From an uncultured Alphaproteobacteria bacterium (GTDB lineage: Bacteria > Pseudomonadota > Alphaproteobacteria > UBA7985), in contig CAJQLX010000004.1 of NCBI GenBank assembly GCA_905479265.1, positions 4,548 through 68,547 on the forward strand: a stretch of DNA of 64,000 nucleotides, written 5' to 3'. Each line of letters begins with the position of its first letter. The stretch's first letter is position 1. The notes beneath the pieces were generated by a model. The model saw only the letters and a list, made by a program, of their open reading frames with translations. It was not told the origin of the DNA and did no database searches. A program made the position numbers and the translations under genes. Positions 8,296-18,443 of the stretch are shown here, piece after piece.

Positions 8296-9903
8296 GTGAA
8301 AAAACAACTATATCTTGAGCAACAAGCAAAGATGCTCACTGAGGGTCTGATAGACCGCCGTAAGTTCGTCATGGGCGCACTGGCCGCGGGTATCGCACTG
8401 CCGACCGCTCTGGGTCTGGCGCAAACGGCTATGGCTGCAACGCCAAAGAAAGGTGGTCGCCTGCGCTGGGGTAACTCAGCGGCAGATTCTAACGATTCCC
8501 TTGATCCTGCGACATGGCTCAGCTCATTCATGATGGCGACGGGTTGGCTCAGCGCGAACGGTCTTACCGAAGTTGGCCCCGATGGTCAGCTGATCCCCGA
8601 ATTGGCTGAATCCATTGAATCCGACGACGCGCAGACTTGGATGTTCCGCCTGCGTCAGGGTGTCGAGTTCCACAATGGCAAGACGTTGACGCCTGAAGAT
8701 ATCATGGCGAACTTCGCCTATCATATGGCTGATGACAGCACATCGGCAGCCAAAGGCCTGCTGAGCGGGATTGCCGACATTCGTAAAGATGGCGACAACA
8801 ACGTTGTGTTCGAATTGGCAGGCGCGAACGCTGACTTCCCGTTTGTTCTTTCCGATTATCACCTCGTGATCCGCCCGTCTGAAGCGGATGGCAGCCTGAA
8901 CATGGCCAGCGGTCTGGGGACCGGCGGTTATATCCTCCAAGAGTTCGTACCGGGCGTTCGCACCTTTGCGACCCGGAACCCGAACTACTGGAAAGAAGGC
9001 CGCGCGCACTTTGACGAAGTTGAGATGATTGGCCTGAACGACGACGTTGCTCGTCAGACCGCTCTGATCAACGGTGACATCGATCACATGAACGGCTTGG
9101 CACCAACGAACATTCCGCTGATTGACCGCATTCCGAGCTTGGAAGTGGTTGAGGCCGCAGGCTTCGCCCACACCACCATTCCGATGCGTGTGAACGAAGT
9201 ACCGTTCGACAACAACGATCTGCGGATGGCACTCAAGCTGTCGATCAACCGTCAGGAGATCATGGATAAGCTGCTGCTGGGTCACGGCACCCTGGGTAAC
9301 GACCATCCGATTTCCCCGGCGCACCGTTACCACAATGGCGACTTGCCTCAGCGCGAGTTTGATCCCGAGCTGGCGGCCTTCCATTACAAGAAGTCCGGGC
9401 ACAGCGGCACGCTTGAGCTTTCGACCTCTGAGACCCCGGGTCCGGGTTCAACGGATATGGCAAACCTGTTCGCGGCTTCTGCGGCGCAGGCGGGCATTGA
9501 TGTTAAGGTGGTTAAAGAGCCTGAGGATGGTTACTGGTCCAACGTTTGGAACAAGAAGGCATTCTCCGTATCGGCTTGGAGTGGTCGCCCAACGGAAGAT
9601 TGGATGTTCTCCGCCGCTTACACCGCAGACACCGAGTGGAACGAGACCGCTTGGACCTCTGGTGACGCAGCGGATCGCTTCAACAACGTGGTTGTTGCAG
9701 CCCGTTCTGAGCTGGACGACAACAACCGTCGTGCGATGTACTACGAAGCACAGCAGATTATTGCTGACGACGGTGGTGCCATTGTTCCGATCTTTACCAA
9801 CAACATTCACGCTTCTTCCACCGCGTTGGGGCATGAAGAGACCATTGGCGGTAACTGGGAAAACGACGGCGCACGCATGGGCGAGCGCTGGTGGTTCGCT
9901 TAA
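8296..9903 (+). CDS. ABC transporter substrate-binding protein, family 5 (Dpp/Opp-like), Tat-exported
   Basis: DRRKFVMG twin-arginine signal, SLDPA, LAES...FRLRQGVEFHNG. AAGGAGG RBS. Confidence 0.93.
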   Translation: MKKQLYLEQQAKMLTEGLIDRRKFVMGALAAGIALPTALGLAQTAMAATPKKGGRLRWGNSAADSNDSLDPATWLSSFMMATGWLSANGLTEVGPDGQLIPELAESIESDDAQTWMFRLRQGVEFHNGKTLTPEDIMANFAYHMADDSTSAAKGLLSGIADIRKDGDNNVVFELAGANADFPFVLSDYHLVIRPSEADGSLNMASGLGTGGYILQEFVPGVRTFATRNPNYWKEGRAHFDEVEMIGLNDDVARQTALINGDIDHMNGLAPTNIPLIDRIPSLEVVEAAGFAHTTIPMRVNEVPFDNNDLRMALKLSINRQEIMDKLLLGHGTLGNDHPISPAHRYHNGDLPQREFDPELAAFHYKKSGHSGTLELSTSETPGPGSTDMANLFAASAAQAGIDVKVVKEPEDGYWSNVWNKKAFSVSAWSGRPTEDWMFSAAYTADTEWNETAWTSGDAADRFNNVVVAARSELDDNNRRAMYYEAQQIIADDGGAIVPIFTNNIHASSTALGHEETIGGNWENDGARMGERWWFA

Positions 9904-9935
9904 GAACCTTCTCAATCCGTTACAGGACAACGTGC

Positions 9936-9963
9936 AATGCGGGCCTTTCAAGAGGCCCGCATT
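9936..9963 (+). terminator. Stem-loop after the SBP gene (attenuator or mRNA stabiliser)
   Basis: AATGCGGGCCT-ttcaag-AGGCCCGCATT, perfect 11-bp stem. Confidence 0.7.
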
Positions 9964-10015
9964 TCCGCCCCTGACACCAGCTTAATGCTTCTCCTAAGCA
10001 CAAGGAGCTCCTTCA

Positions 10016-10987
10016 TTGTTACGGCTCGTGGAAGTCATTGGTAAGCGTCTCCTTTTGGGTTTCGTGACACTGTTTATTGTCTCGCTGCTGATCTTCAGCG
10101 CAATTTCCCTGCTGCCCGGCGACTTCGCCCAAGCGGTCCTCGGGCAATCGGCGACCGAAGAAACCCTAGCGGCGTTCCGCAGCGGTCTTGGTTTGGATAA
10201 GCCCCTCTTCTCCCGCTATTTTGATTGGATAACCGGGGTCATGCGAGGGGACTTTGGCAGTTCGTTCTCTGGGCGAAACTCCTCGGGTTTTGACCTGTCC
10301 CGGCCCGTGCTCGAAATCATGGCACCCAAACTACGGAACACGGTCTTCCTGGCGCTGGTTACAGCGGCAGTGGCGGTGCCGCTCGCGCTGGTGCTCGGCT
10401 TGCTCACAGCGCTGTTCCGCAATTCCATCTTTGATCGTGGCGCGAATGGTTTAACGCTGACGACGATCTCAGCGCCGGAGTTCTTCCTCGCCTACATCCT
10501 CATCATCGCCTTTGGCGGCTTTTTGCCAACAATCGCGAACGTTAAACCGGACATGGGCGTGTTAGAGCGCTTGCGCCTCATCTCACTGCCGACAATCACG
10601 CTGACACTGGTGATTGTTGCGCACATGATGCGGATGACGCGCGCGGCGATCATCAACTTGCTCGCCAGCCCTTATATCGAAATGGCCCGCCTGTCTGGGG
10701 CCAGTCAGACCGAAATCATCTTCCGCCACGCCCTGCCCAACGCCTGGGCCCCCATTGCCACCGTCATCGCGTTTAACCTCGCTTATCTGGTTGTCGGTGT
10801 GGTGGTGGTTGAGGTGGTCTTTACCTATGAGGGCATTGGCAAGCTGATGGTCGATTCCGTCGGCAGCCGGGATATTCCCGTGGTCCAAGCCTGTGCGTTG
10901 ATTTTCGCAGCCACCTACATCCTGCTGAACCTGCTGGCGGACCTCGTCGGCATTCTCACCAACCCAAGACTGTTGCACCCACGATGA
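10016..10987 (+). CDS. ABC transporter permease (DppB/OppB family)
   Basis: LPGD, GLDKP, GDFG, EMARLSG (EAA loop), HALPNA, RDIPVVQ. Confidence 0.93.
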   Translation: MLRLVEVIGKRLLLGFVTLFIVSLLIFSAISLLPGDFAQAVLGQSATEETLAAFRSGLGLDKPLFSRYFDWITGVMRGDFGSSFSGRNSSGFDLSRPVLEIMAPKLRNTVFLALVTAAVAVPLALVLGLLTALFRNSIFDRGANGLTLTTISAPEFFLAYILIIAFGGFLPTIANVKPDMGVLERLRLISLPTITLTLVIVAHMMRMTRAAIINLLASPYIEMARLSGASQTEIIFRHALPNAWAPIATVIAFNLAYLVVGVVVVEVVFTYEGIGKLMVDSVGSRDIPVVQACALIFAATYILLNLLADLVGILTNPRLLHPR

Positions 10988-11922
10988 CAGAGACACAGAA
11001 CCAAGCAGCACCCTCTGCCTTGAACGAAACCGCCGCGGTGCGTCTGCGCCGCAGTCGGTTCGAACGCATCCGCATCCTGCTCAGCCGCGCACCGCTCACG
11101 GCGTGGTTCGGCATGATCGTTGTCTCCCTGTACGCGATTGCCGCTGTCTTTGCGCCTTTGCTTGCGCCCTATGGCGAGGCGGAAATCTTCGCCAAAGCTG
11201 ACGACATCTGGTCCAGCAAGCACTGGCTTGGTACGGATCAGATTGGCCGTGACGTGCTCACACGCTTGGTGTACGGCGCGCGAAACACGGTGGGGATCGC
11301 CCTTGGAACGACCACGCTATCGTTCTTGATCGGCGGCGGTCTGGGTTTGATTGCGGCGATTGACCGAGGCTGGATTGATCAGATTTTCAGCCGAGGGATC
11401 GACGTGCTCATGGCCATCCCAAGCCTGATCTTCGCGCTGATGCTGCTGGCGATTTTTGATTCATCGATCATCGGCCTGATCCTGATCATCGGCGTTCTGG
11501 ATGCAACCCGTGTCTTTCGTCTGACGCGATCGGTCTCGCTGAACATTGTGGTGATGGATTACGTTGAGGCTGCGCGCTTGCGGGGTGAAAACATGGGCTG
11601 GATCATGACGCGAGAGATCCTGCCCAACATCCTGCCCCCCCTCATTGCAGAATTTGGGCTGCGTTTTATCTTTGTGTTCCTGACCATCGCCGCGCTGAGC
11701 TTCCTCGGCATGGGCGTACAGCCGCCGACGGCGGACTGGGGCTCGATGGTGCGCGAGAATGCGAAATGGATCACCTACGTCCCCTACTTCCCTTTCCCGG
11801 ATGCCATGTACTACGCGCTTAAGCCCTTACTGCCGGCGGGTTGCATTGCTCTGTTAACCATCGCAGTGAACTTCATCGTTGATTGGTTCCTGCACGAAAC
11901 CAGTGGTTTGCGCGATGTCTGA
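10984..11922 (+). CDS. ABC transporter permease (DppC/OppC family)
   Basis: HWLGTDQIGRD, YVEAARLRG, LSFLGMGVQPPTADWG. ATGA overlap with the upstream gene. Confidence 0.93.
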   Translation: MTETQNQAAPSALNETAAVRLRRSRFERIRILLSRAPLTAWFGMIVVSLYAIAAVFAPLLAPYGEAEIFAKADDIWSSKHWLGTDQIGRDVLTRLVYGARNTVGIALGTTTLSFLIGGGLGLIAAIDRGWIDQIFSRGIDVLMAIPSLIFALMLLAIFDSSIIGLILIIGVLDATRVFRLTRSVSLNIVVMDYVEAARLRGENMGWIMTREILPNILPPLIAEFGLRFIFVFLTIAALSFLGMGVQPPTADWGSMVRENAKWITYVPYFPFPDAMYYALKPLLPAGCIALLTIAVNFIVDWFLHETSGLRDV

Positions 11923-13561
11923 GGCTCCTAACCAATCCTCGCTGTTGCTCGATATGAAGAATATCAGCATCGAGGGCTTTTCTGACGAACGATGGCACCC
12001 GATCATCAACAACGTGGATCTGACGCTGCATCGTGGCGAGGTTCTCGGCCTAATCGGGGAAAGCGGCGCAGGCAAGTCAACGCTGGGCAAGGCCGCGATG
12101 GGCTACACCCAGCCCGGTTGCCGCTTTACCGGCGGTGACGTGCTGTTTGACGGCCTAGAACTGAGCCGCATGAACGTGCGAGACCTGCGCTCGATTTGGG
12201 GCACGCGGATTTCCTATGTCGCCCAATCTGCTGCGGCGAGCTTTAACCCCGCCCACCGCCTGCTGGATCAGACCATCCGCGCCTCCAAGCGTCTGGGCGA
12301 GCGCTCGGAGCAGGTTTTGAAGAACGACGCGATCGACCTGTTCCGTCGCTTGAACCTGCCCGAGCCCGAAACCATCGGCAACCGATACCCGCATCAAGTC
12401 TCTGGCGGACAGTTGCAGCGGGTCATGACGGCAATGGCGATGTCGCCGCGTCCTGACCTGATCATCTTTGACGAGCCAACAACCGCGCTGGACGTGACGA
12501 CCCAAGTGGAAGTGCTGTCATCCATCCGTGATTTGGTGGCCCAGTTCAACACCGCCGCCATCTACATCACGCACGATCTGGCCGTGGTCGCACAAATGGC
12601 AGACCGGATCAAAGTGCTGCGCTTTGGTGAGGAGGTCGAACAAGCGGAGACCCGCACCATGCTATCGGCACCCGAAGAAGACTACACCAAGTCCCTGTGG
12701 TCGGTTCGCTCGCTGGAAAAGCCGGAACAGGCTGGCGACGACGTGTTGCTGTCGATCGCTAACATTGATGCCGCCTATGGCTCATCTAAGGTGTTGCACG
12801 ACGTGTCGATCAATTTGCCTCGGGGCCGGACTGTTGCGGTGGTGGGTGAGTCTGGCTCGGGCAAATCAACGACCGCGCGGGTCATCACCGGTCTTTTGCC
12901 CCAACTGAGCGGCAGCGTGACCTTTGAAGGCGAGCAACTGCCGCCCAAACTGCGTGATCGCTCCAAGGACCAGCTGCGGCGCATCCAAATGATCTACCAA
13001 ATGGCCGACACCGCGATGAACCCCCGGCAAACGGTCGGTGACATCATTGGTCGGCCACTGGAGTTCTATCTGGGTTTGCGCGGCAGGGATCAAGAGCGAA
13101 GGGTGATCGAGCTGCTGGAGATGATCGAGCTTGACGCCAGCTTCTATGACCGCTTGCCCGATGAGCTGTCTGGTGGACAAAAGCAACGGATTTGTATCGC
13201 TCGTGCTTTGGCCGCTAAGCCTGACATCATCATTTGCGATGAAGTCACCTCGGCGCTGGATCAGATTGTGCAAGAAGGCATCCTGAACCTGCTGCAGCGG
13301 CTGCAGGACGAATTCGGCATCGCCTATCTGTTCATCACCCACGACATTGCCACCGTGCGCGCGATCTCAGATGAGATTGTGGTCATGTGGCAAGGAAAGG
13401 TCGTTGAACAGGGCATGAAAAACGAGATCCTCTCGCCCCCGCACCCCGACTACTCCGAACTGCTGCTTTCCTCGGTTCCCGAAATGGACCCCGACTGGTT
13501 GGACACCCTTTTGGCGCAACGCGCAGCAGAAGGAAGCAAGACGATCAAGGCGCAGGATTAA
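11915..13561 (+). CDS. ABC transporter ATP-binding protein, fused dual NBD
   Basis: Two Walker A motifs (GESGAGKS, GESGSGKS), signatures VSGGQLQR and LSGGQKQR, DEPTTALD and DEVTSALD. Confidence 0.94.
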   Translation: MSEAPNQSSLLLDMKNISIEGFSDERWHPIINNVDLTLHRGEVLGLIGESGAGKSTLGKAAMGYTQPGCRFTGGDVLFDGLELSRMNVRDLRSIWGTRISYVAQSAAASFNPAHRLLDQTIRASKRLGERSEQVLKNDAIDLFRRLNLPEPETIGNRYPHQVSGGQLQRVMTAMAMSPRPDLIIFDEPTTALDVTTQVEVLSSIRDLVAQFNTAAIYITHDLAVVAQMADRIKVLRFGEEVEQAETRTMLSAPEEDYTKSLWSVRSLEKPEQAGDDVLLSIANIDAAYGSSKVLHDVSINLPRGRTVAVVGESGSGKSTTARVITGLLPQLSGSVTFEGEQLPPKLRDRSKDQLRRIQMIYQMADTAMNPRQTVGDIIGRPLEFYLGLRGRDQERRVIELLEMIELDASFYDRLPDELSGGQKQRICIARALAAKPDIIICDEVTSALDQIVQEGILNLLQRLQDEFGIAYLFITHDIATVRAISDEIVVMWQGKVVEQGMKNEILSPPHPDYSELLLSSVPEMDPDWLDTLLAQRAAEGSKTIKAQD

Positions 13562-14328
13562 CCGAGCAGCGCGGGTAAATCGGCCACGGTATCGATCACA
13601 AAATCAGCCCCCGCGTCTTTCAGCATTTTGGTCGCGGACGCGCGGTAATCCGCAAGGTCAGCCGCTGACGCCGCAGCGAGTGCTTCGACCGTCAAACCGA
13701 CGTGGTTGCCACTGAGGGCAATGCCGACCGTCGGGCAGCCAGCGGCCACGCCCTCAGCGATACCGGGCGCTGTGTCGTCGACCTTGACCACAGCGCTTGC
13801 GGGGAAAACGCCCAGATCGACCATCGATTGATACATACCCAGCGGCCCCGGTCGCCCAATCAGCAAATCATCTGAACAGACACAATTGAGCGGCGCATAT
13901 CCCTGCGCCGCAGCGACCGGCAGCACGCTTTGCATGATCAGTCGCGTGTAGCCCGTGGTTGATCCAACTTTGATGCCGCGCTGGTCCAGCGCCGCCAACA
14001 TATCCAGCGCACCGGGGATAAGGTCGGCATGATCAGCCGCCACGCGCGCATTGATCGGCTCAAACCGCGCGAGGATGGCGTCGATGTCAGCATCCTTCGG
14101 CGCGGCGCCATGCTGCTGCTGCCAGAGTGTGGCGATGCGCGGCTGGTGGATCATGGTTTGGATGTGGACCCGTTTCGGCAGACCCATCGGCCCACGGGCT
14201 TCCTCCAACGTTACCTCAACGCCAAAGGCGTCAAAGGCCGCAACAAAGGATTTCATCGGCGCAAAACTGCCAAAATCCACCATTGTACCGGCCCAATCGA
14301 AGACAACGGCTTTCACGCCCGAAATCAT
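13558..14328 (-). CDS. phnX: Phosphonoacetaldehyde hydrolase (phosphonatase)
   Basis: FDWAGTMVDFGSFAP, PMGLPKRVHI (Schiff-base Lys), STTGY, GRP.P, KVDDT..GIAEG. Confidence 0.92.
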   Translation of the reverse strand: MISGVKAVVFDWAGTMVDFGSFAPMKSFVAAFDAFGVEVTLEEARGPMGLPKRVHIQTMIHQPRIATLWQQQHGAAPKDADIDAILARFEPINARVAADHADLIPGALDMLAALDQRGIKVGSTTGYTRLIMQSVLPVAAAQGYAPLNCVCSDDLLIGRPGPLGMYQSMVDLGVFPASAVVKVDDTAPGIAEGVAAGCPTVGIALSGNHVGLTVEALAAASAADLADYRASATKMLKDAGADFVIDTVADLPALLG

Positions 14329-14333
14329 AGGTC

Positions 14334-16007
14334 TCAGCCTTCCGCTGTTGCCCCAGCCGCCGTTGCAGCCAAGGCTTTGGCCTGCTCACGCAACTGGAAT
14401 TTCTGGATCTTCCCGGTTGAGGTGCGGGCGATGGAGGTAAACACGAAGCGGGCGGGAACCTTGAACCCCGCCAAACGCTCCCGGCACCATGCCCGAAGCG
14501 CATCATCATCAACGTCGTCCTTGCCTGAGGCCAATTCGATAAAGGCACAGGGCCGCTCGCCCCACCTGTCATCAGGCATCGCGACGACCGCTGCCGCTTC
14601 GATGGATGGATGCTGGTAAAGGGCGTCTTCAACTTCGATGGAGGAGATGTTCTCACCGCCTGAAATAATGATGTCCTTGGACCGGTCTTTGAGCTGAATG
14701 TACCCGTCCGGGTGAACCACGCCCAAATCGCCGGAATGAAACCATCCCCCGGCAAAGGCTTTGTCTGTGGCTTCTGCGTTCCGGAAATAGCCTTTCATGA
14801 CCACATTGCCACGGAACATGACCTCACCCATCGTTTCGCCATCACGCGGAACCGGCTGCATGGTCTCCGGATCCAGAACGTCGAGCTGTTCGAGCGGCAA
14901 GTAACGCACCCCTTGGCGAGACTTGAGCGACGCTTGCTCTGCGGCGGGCAGCGCTGACCAGTGCTGCTGCCAGTCGTTAACAACGGCGGGGCCATAGGTC
15001 TCGGTCAGGCCATAAAGGTGCGTCACGTCGAACCCAGCGGCTTTCATACCGGCGAGCACCGGTTCCGGTGGCGGTGCGGCGGCGGTGAAGAACTGCACGG
15101 TTTGGGACAAAGGGCGCCGGACCGCTTCGGGCGCGGAAATCAGCAGCGACATGACGATCGGCGCGCCGCACAAGTGCGTGACGTCTTCCTGGGCCAAAGC
15201 CGACCAAATCGGCTCCGCCCGAACCTGCCGCAAGCAAACGTGCGTGCCTGCAATCGCGCTGAGCGTCCACGGAAAGCACCAGCCGTTGCAGTGGAACATG
15301 GGCAAAGTCCACAGGTAGACCGCGTGCTTGGCCATGGATGTCGTCAGGGCATTGCCCTGCGCCAGCAAATACGCCCCGCGATGATGATAAACCACACCCT
15401 TGGGGTCGCCTGTCGTGCCGGATGTGTAATTGATCGAAATCGCGTCCCATTCGTCTGTGGGCATCAACCAGTCAAAGTTCGCATCACCGCTGGCTATAAC
15501 CGCTTCATAATCCAGCACATCTGCGGCTACCGCTTCGGTTGGTTCGGTGAACTCAGGGTCGTCATATTGGATTAAGACGGGCTGCACTTCAGCCAACTGC
15601 AAGGCCTGCTGCGCCAATGCCATGCACTCCCGATCAACGATCAGCACTTTGGCTTGGGCATGATCAAGCTGGAAGGCGATAACTTTGGCATCGAGCCGCG
15701 TGTTGATGGAATGCAAAACCCCGCCACACATGGGCACGCCGTAGTGACACTCCAGCATCGCCGGCGTGTTGAGCAAAATGACGGAGACCGTATCCCCTCG
15801 CCCAATCCCAAACCGCGAGGCCAGAGCCGAACCCAACTGCCGCGTCCGTTCATAGAACGCAGCGTAACTTCTGCGAAGGGGGCCGTGGATGATGGCGGTG
15901 TGGTCGGGAAAGACGGCGGCTGAGCGTTCGAGAAAGGTCAAAGGCGTCAGGGGCTGGAAGTTGGCCGGGTTGCGATCAAGACCAACATCGAAAAAGTTTT
16001 CCGCCAT
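14334..16007 (-). CDS. Acyl-CoA synthetase (DmdB-like / AAE family)
   Basis: ANFQPLTPLTFLER, YTSGTTGDPKG, YGLTETYGP, WFHSGD, RTSTGKIQK. Confidence 0.88.
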   Translation of the reverse strand: MAENFFDVGLDRNPANFQPLTPLTFLERSAAVFPDHTAIIHGPLRRSYAAFYERTRQLGSALASRFGIGRGDTVSVILLNTPAMLECHYGVPMCGGVLHSINTRLDAKVIAFQLDHAQAKVLIVDRECMALAQQALQLAEVQPVLIQYDDPEFTEPTEAVAADVLDYEAVIASGDANFDWLMPTDEWDAISINYTSGTTGDPKGVVYHHRGAYLLAQGNALTTSMAKHAVYLWTLPMFHCNGWCFPWTLSAIAGTHVCLRQVRAEPIWSALAQEDVTHLCGAPIVMSLLISAPEAVRRPLSQTVQFFTAAAPPPEPVLAGMKAAGFDVTHLYGLTETYGPAVVNDWQQHWSALPAAEQASLKSRQGVRYLPLEQLDVLDPETMQPVPRDGETMGEVMFRGNVVMKGYFRNAEATDKAFAGGWFHSGDLGVVHPDGYIQLKDRSKDIIISGGENISSIEVEDALYQHPSIEAAAVVAMPDDRWGERPCAFIELASGKDDVDDDALRAWCRERLAGFKVPARFVFTSIARTSTGKIQKFQLREQAKALAATAAGATAEG

Positions 16008-16012
16008 CGGGG

Positions 16013-16813
16013 TTAGGCATCCTTCCATTCGGGCGCGCGCTTTTCCAGCACCGCGCCAATGCCTTCTTCCGCATCGCGGGCCAGCATATTTTGGACCATA
16101 ACCTCAGAGGCATAGTCATAAGCATCGGATAAGGACATTTCCGCCTGCGCGTAAAATGCCCGCTTCCCCGTCGCGACGGTGAGCGTGGATTTTGAGGCGA
16201 TGAGGGCCGCAAAACGGTCCGTTGTTGCTTGCAAATCTTTTTCCGCAACCACGCGGTTTACCAGACCCATTTCCTCGGCCCGCGCTGCCGATGTCATCTC
16301 ACCGGTCAGCAGCATCTCCATGGCATGCTTGTTCGAAACATTGCGAGAAATTGCGACCATGGGTGTCGAGCAAAACAGGCCAATATTCACGCCCGGCGTC
16401 ATGAACCCTGACGCCTCGGTCGCGACAGCCAGATCACAGCTTGCCACCAGCTGACAGCCCGCAGCGGTCGCAACACCGTTCACTTCGGCGATGACGGGCT
16501 TGGGGCAGTTGACGATGGACTGCATCAGCGTCGAGCACATGCCCATCACTTTTGCGAAGTAGGCGCGGCCTTGGTCCGGCGCATCGCGTCCAGCGGTCAT
16601 TTCCTTGAGGTCGTGACCAGCGGAGAACACGGGGCCAACAGCGGCGAGGATGATCGAGCGCACGGCTGGATTTGCGCCTGCGTCCAAAAACGCCCCATGG
16701 AGGGCTTCCAGCATGGCTTCAGACAAGGGGTTGCGCCGCGCCGGGTTGTTCATGGTCAGGCGCAATACGCCCCGCTCATCCAAGTCCTGAAGCAGGATGT
16801 CGGTGGTTGGCAT
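16013..16813 (-). CDS. Enoyl-CoA hydratase/isomerase family protein
   Basis: FSAGHDLKE, ATAAGCQLVASCD, TPGVNIGLFCSTP. Confidence 0.9.
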   Translation of the reverse strand: MPTTDILLQDLDERGVLRLTMNNPARRNPLSEAMLEALHGAFLDAGANPAVRSIILAAVGPVFSAGHDLKEMTAGRDAPDQGRAYFAKVMGMCSTLMQSIVNCPKPVIAEVNGVATAAGCQLVASCDLAVATEASGFMTPGVNIGLFCSTPMVAISRNVSNKHAMEMLLTGEMTSAARAEEMGLVNRVVAEKDLQATTDRFAALIASKSTLTVATGKRAFYAQAEMSLSDAYDYASEVMVQNMLARDAEEGIGAVLEKRAPEWKDA

Positions 16814-16880
16814 GGTCGTCTCTCCCCCAGAATGGCGCAGCGCCATCCTTTCCTCGTTCCCGTCGCCCTAGCAGTGGCCC

Positions 16881-18023
16881 TTAGCTTGCTGCGATTTTCT
16901 TCTTTGGATCGAAGAAAGGCCGCTCGACCACTTGAGCCTTCACTTTACCCTGCGGCATCGTAACTTCAAGCTCCGTTCCAACCTCTGCATTTTCAGCAGA
17001 AACCATTGCCAGCGCAATATTCTGCTTCAACCGGGGCGAATAGACCGCCGACGTGACTTTACCAATCGCGTCGCTGCCAGCCGAAATCGGCCAAAATGTT
17101 GTGTTTGGTCCTGTTAGCGGGTCGGCTTCAATCACCAAGCCAACCTGCTTCCGCGCCACACCCTGTTCCCGGATCCGCCGCAGAGCCGCTTTGCCGATAA
17201 AATTGGCGTCCATGTCGATGTTCAGCAAGCGGTCCAAACCCAGCTCGAACGGGTTGGTGTTGATGTCGGCATCGGCGTGATACGACAGCATCCCGCCCTC
17301 GATCCGCCGAATGGACGATGTGTGACCGGGTTTGAGGCCAAAGGGCTCGCCCGCCGCCATGATTGCATCCCACAGCTCACCGCCCCGGCTGCCGTCCTGC
17401 AAATACAGCTCATAGCCCAATTCGCTCGACCAACCGGTCCGTGAGACCACCAGCGGGATACCGTTCAACTCGACATGGCGCAGCCAGTAGTATTTGAGGT
17501 CCGCGATGCTGTCACCAAACATTGCTTTCATGATCTCGCCCGACTGCGGACCCTGCAACTGCAATGGCGAGACGTCTGGTTCGTGGATGGTCACGTCCAT
17601 GCCAGAGTTCACCGCCACGCCCTGCGCCCACAGCAAGACGTCGCTGTCTGCCAAAGAGATCCAAAAGCGGTTCTCTTCCAAGCGCAGCAAGACCGGATCG
17701 TTCAGAATGCCGCCGTCGGCGTTGGTAATCAGGATGTACTTGCACTGGCCCACCGCCAGTTTGGACAGATCGCGCGGCGTCAGCATCTGGGTAAATCGCG
17801 CAGCATCCGGCCCGCTGATCTCGACCTGACGCTCGACCGCGACGTCGCACAGAATGGCGTCGTTGACGAGGTTCCAGAAGTTCTGCTCTGGATCGCCGAA
17901 ATCCCGTGGAATGTACATGTGGTTATAAACCGAGAAGCCTTTAGCGCCCCATTTTACGGTCGCGTCGAAATAGGGGGACTTGCGAATTTGGGTGCCGAAG
18001 CCGAAATCTTCTGGTTTGGTCAT
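16881..18023 (-). CDS. GcvT-family THF-dependent demethylase, DmdA-like paralog
   Basis: VYNHM, DVAVERQVEI, NDPVLLRL, ISLADSD, SRTGWSSELGYE, RRIEGGMLSY, FFDP. The N-terminus (FGTQIRKSPYF) differs from canonical DmdA (SRR.R.TP) as I recall it. Confidence 0.82.
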   Translation of the reverse strand: MTKPEDFGFGTQIRKSPYFDATVKWGAKGFSVYNHMYIPRDFGDPEQNFWNLVNDAILCDVAVERQVEISGPDAARFTQMLTPRDLSKLAVGQCKYILITNADGGILNDPVLLRLEENRFWISLADSDVLLWAQGVAVNSGMDVTIHEPDVSPLQLQGPQSGEIMKAMFGDSIADLKYYWLRHVELNGIPLVVSRTGWSSELGYELYLQDGSRGGELWDAIMAAGEPFGLKPGHTSSIRRIEGGMLSYHADADINTNPFELGLDRLLNIDMDANFIGKAALRRIREQGVARKQVGLVIEADPLTGPNTTFWPISAGSDAIGKVTSAVYSPRLKQNIALAMVSAENAEVGTELEVTMPQGKVKAQVVERPFFDPKKKIAAS

Positions 18024-18180
18024 GTCGTTCTCTCTAACGGGCCACAGGTGCAGAATGCACAAGAACTCGGTCGATTACCTGACAAGTCGAGACGCGCAAG
18101 GACATTTTTAGGGGTGTGCGGCGTTGCTTATTTACGGATAAGCGACCCAGGGCGGTGCAGCCGCCGCGCGCATGACGCAT

Positions 18181-18327
18181 TTAGACGTTTGTTTTCCCCC
18201 GTGAGCGACGGCATCGCTCGGAGCAGTAAACCACATCATCCCAATCACGCGCCCATTTCTTGCGCCAAGCAAAGGGTCGATCGCAGACGGGACAGGTTTT
18301 GGTTGGTAGGTCGGATTTCTTGCGCAT
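18181..18327 (-). CDS. DUF2256 small Cys-motif protein
   Basis: [41 protein letters not shown] matches the DUF2256 pattern. Confidence 0.9.
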   Translation of the reverse strand: MRKKSDLPTKTCPVCDRPFAWRKKWARDWDDVVYCSERCRRSRGKTNV

Positions 18328-18443
18328 GCCCCCAGAACTGGCGCGCTTTGGCCATAGTTCCAGCCCAAAGGGGTTCACGGGCCTAAAATTCACCAAAAAC
18401 GACGTATTTGCTATTTTGCGACGTAAATGGTACAGTGTGTCCC

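Noticed and set aside
16881-18023. Assigning the symbol dmdA or gcvT
   Set aside because: The N-terminal motifs differ from canonical DmdA as I recall it, and no gcvH or gcvP is adjacent. A phylogeny is needed.
18096-18108. 13-bp match AAAATGTCCTTGC shared (inverted) with 36811-36823
   Set aside because: A single non-palindromic match of this length is compatible with chance or a shared -35-like element, and the downstream spacing is not conserved.
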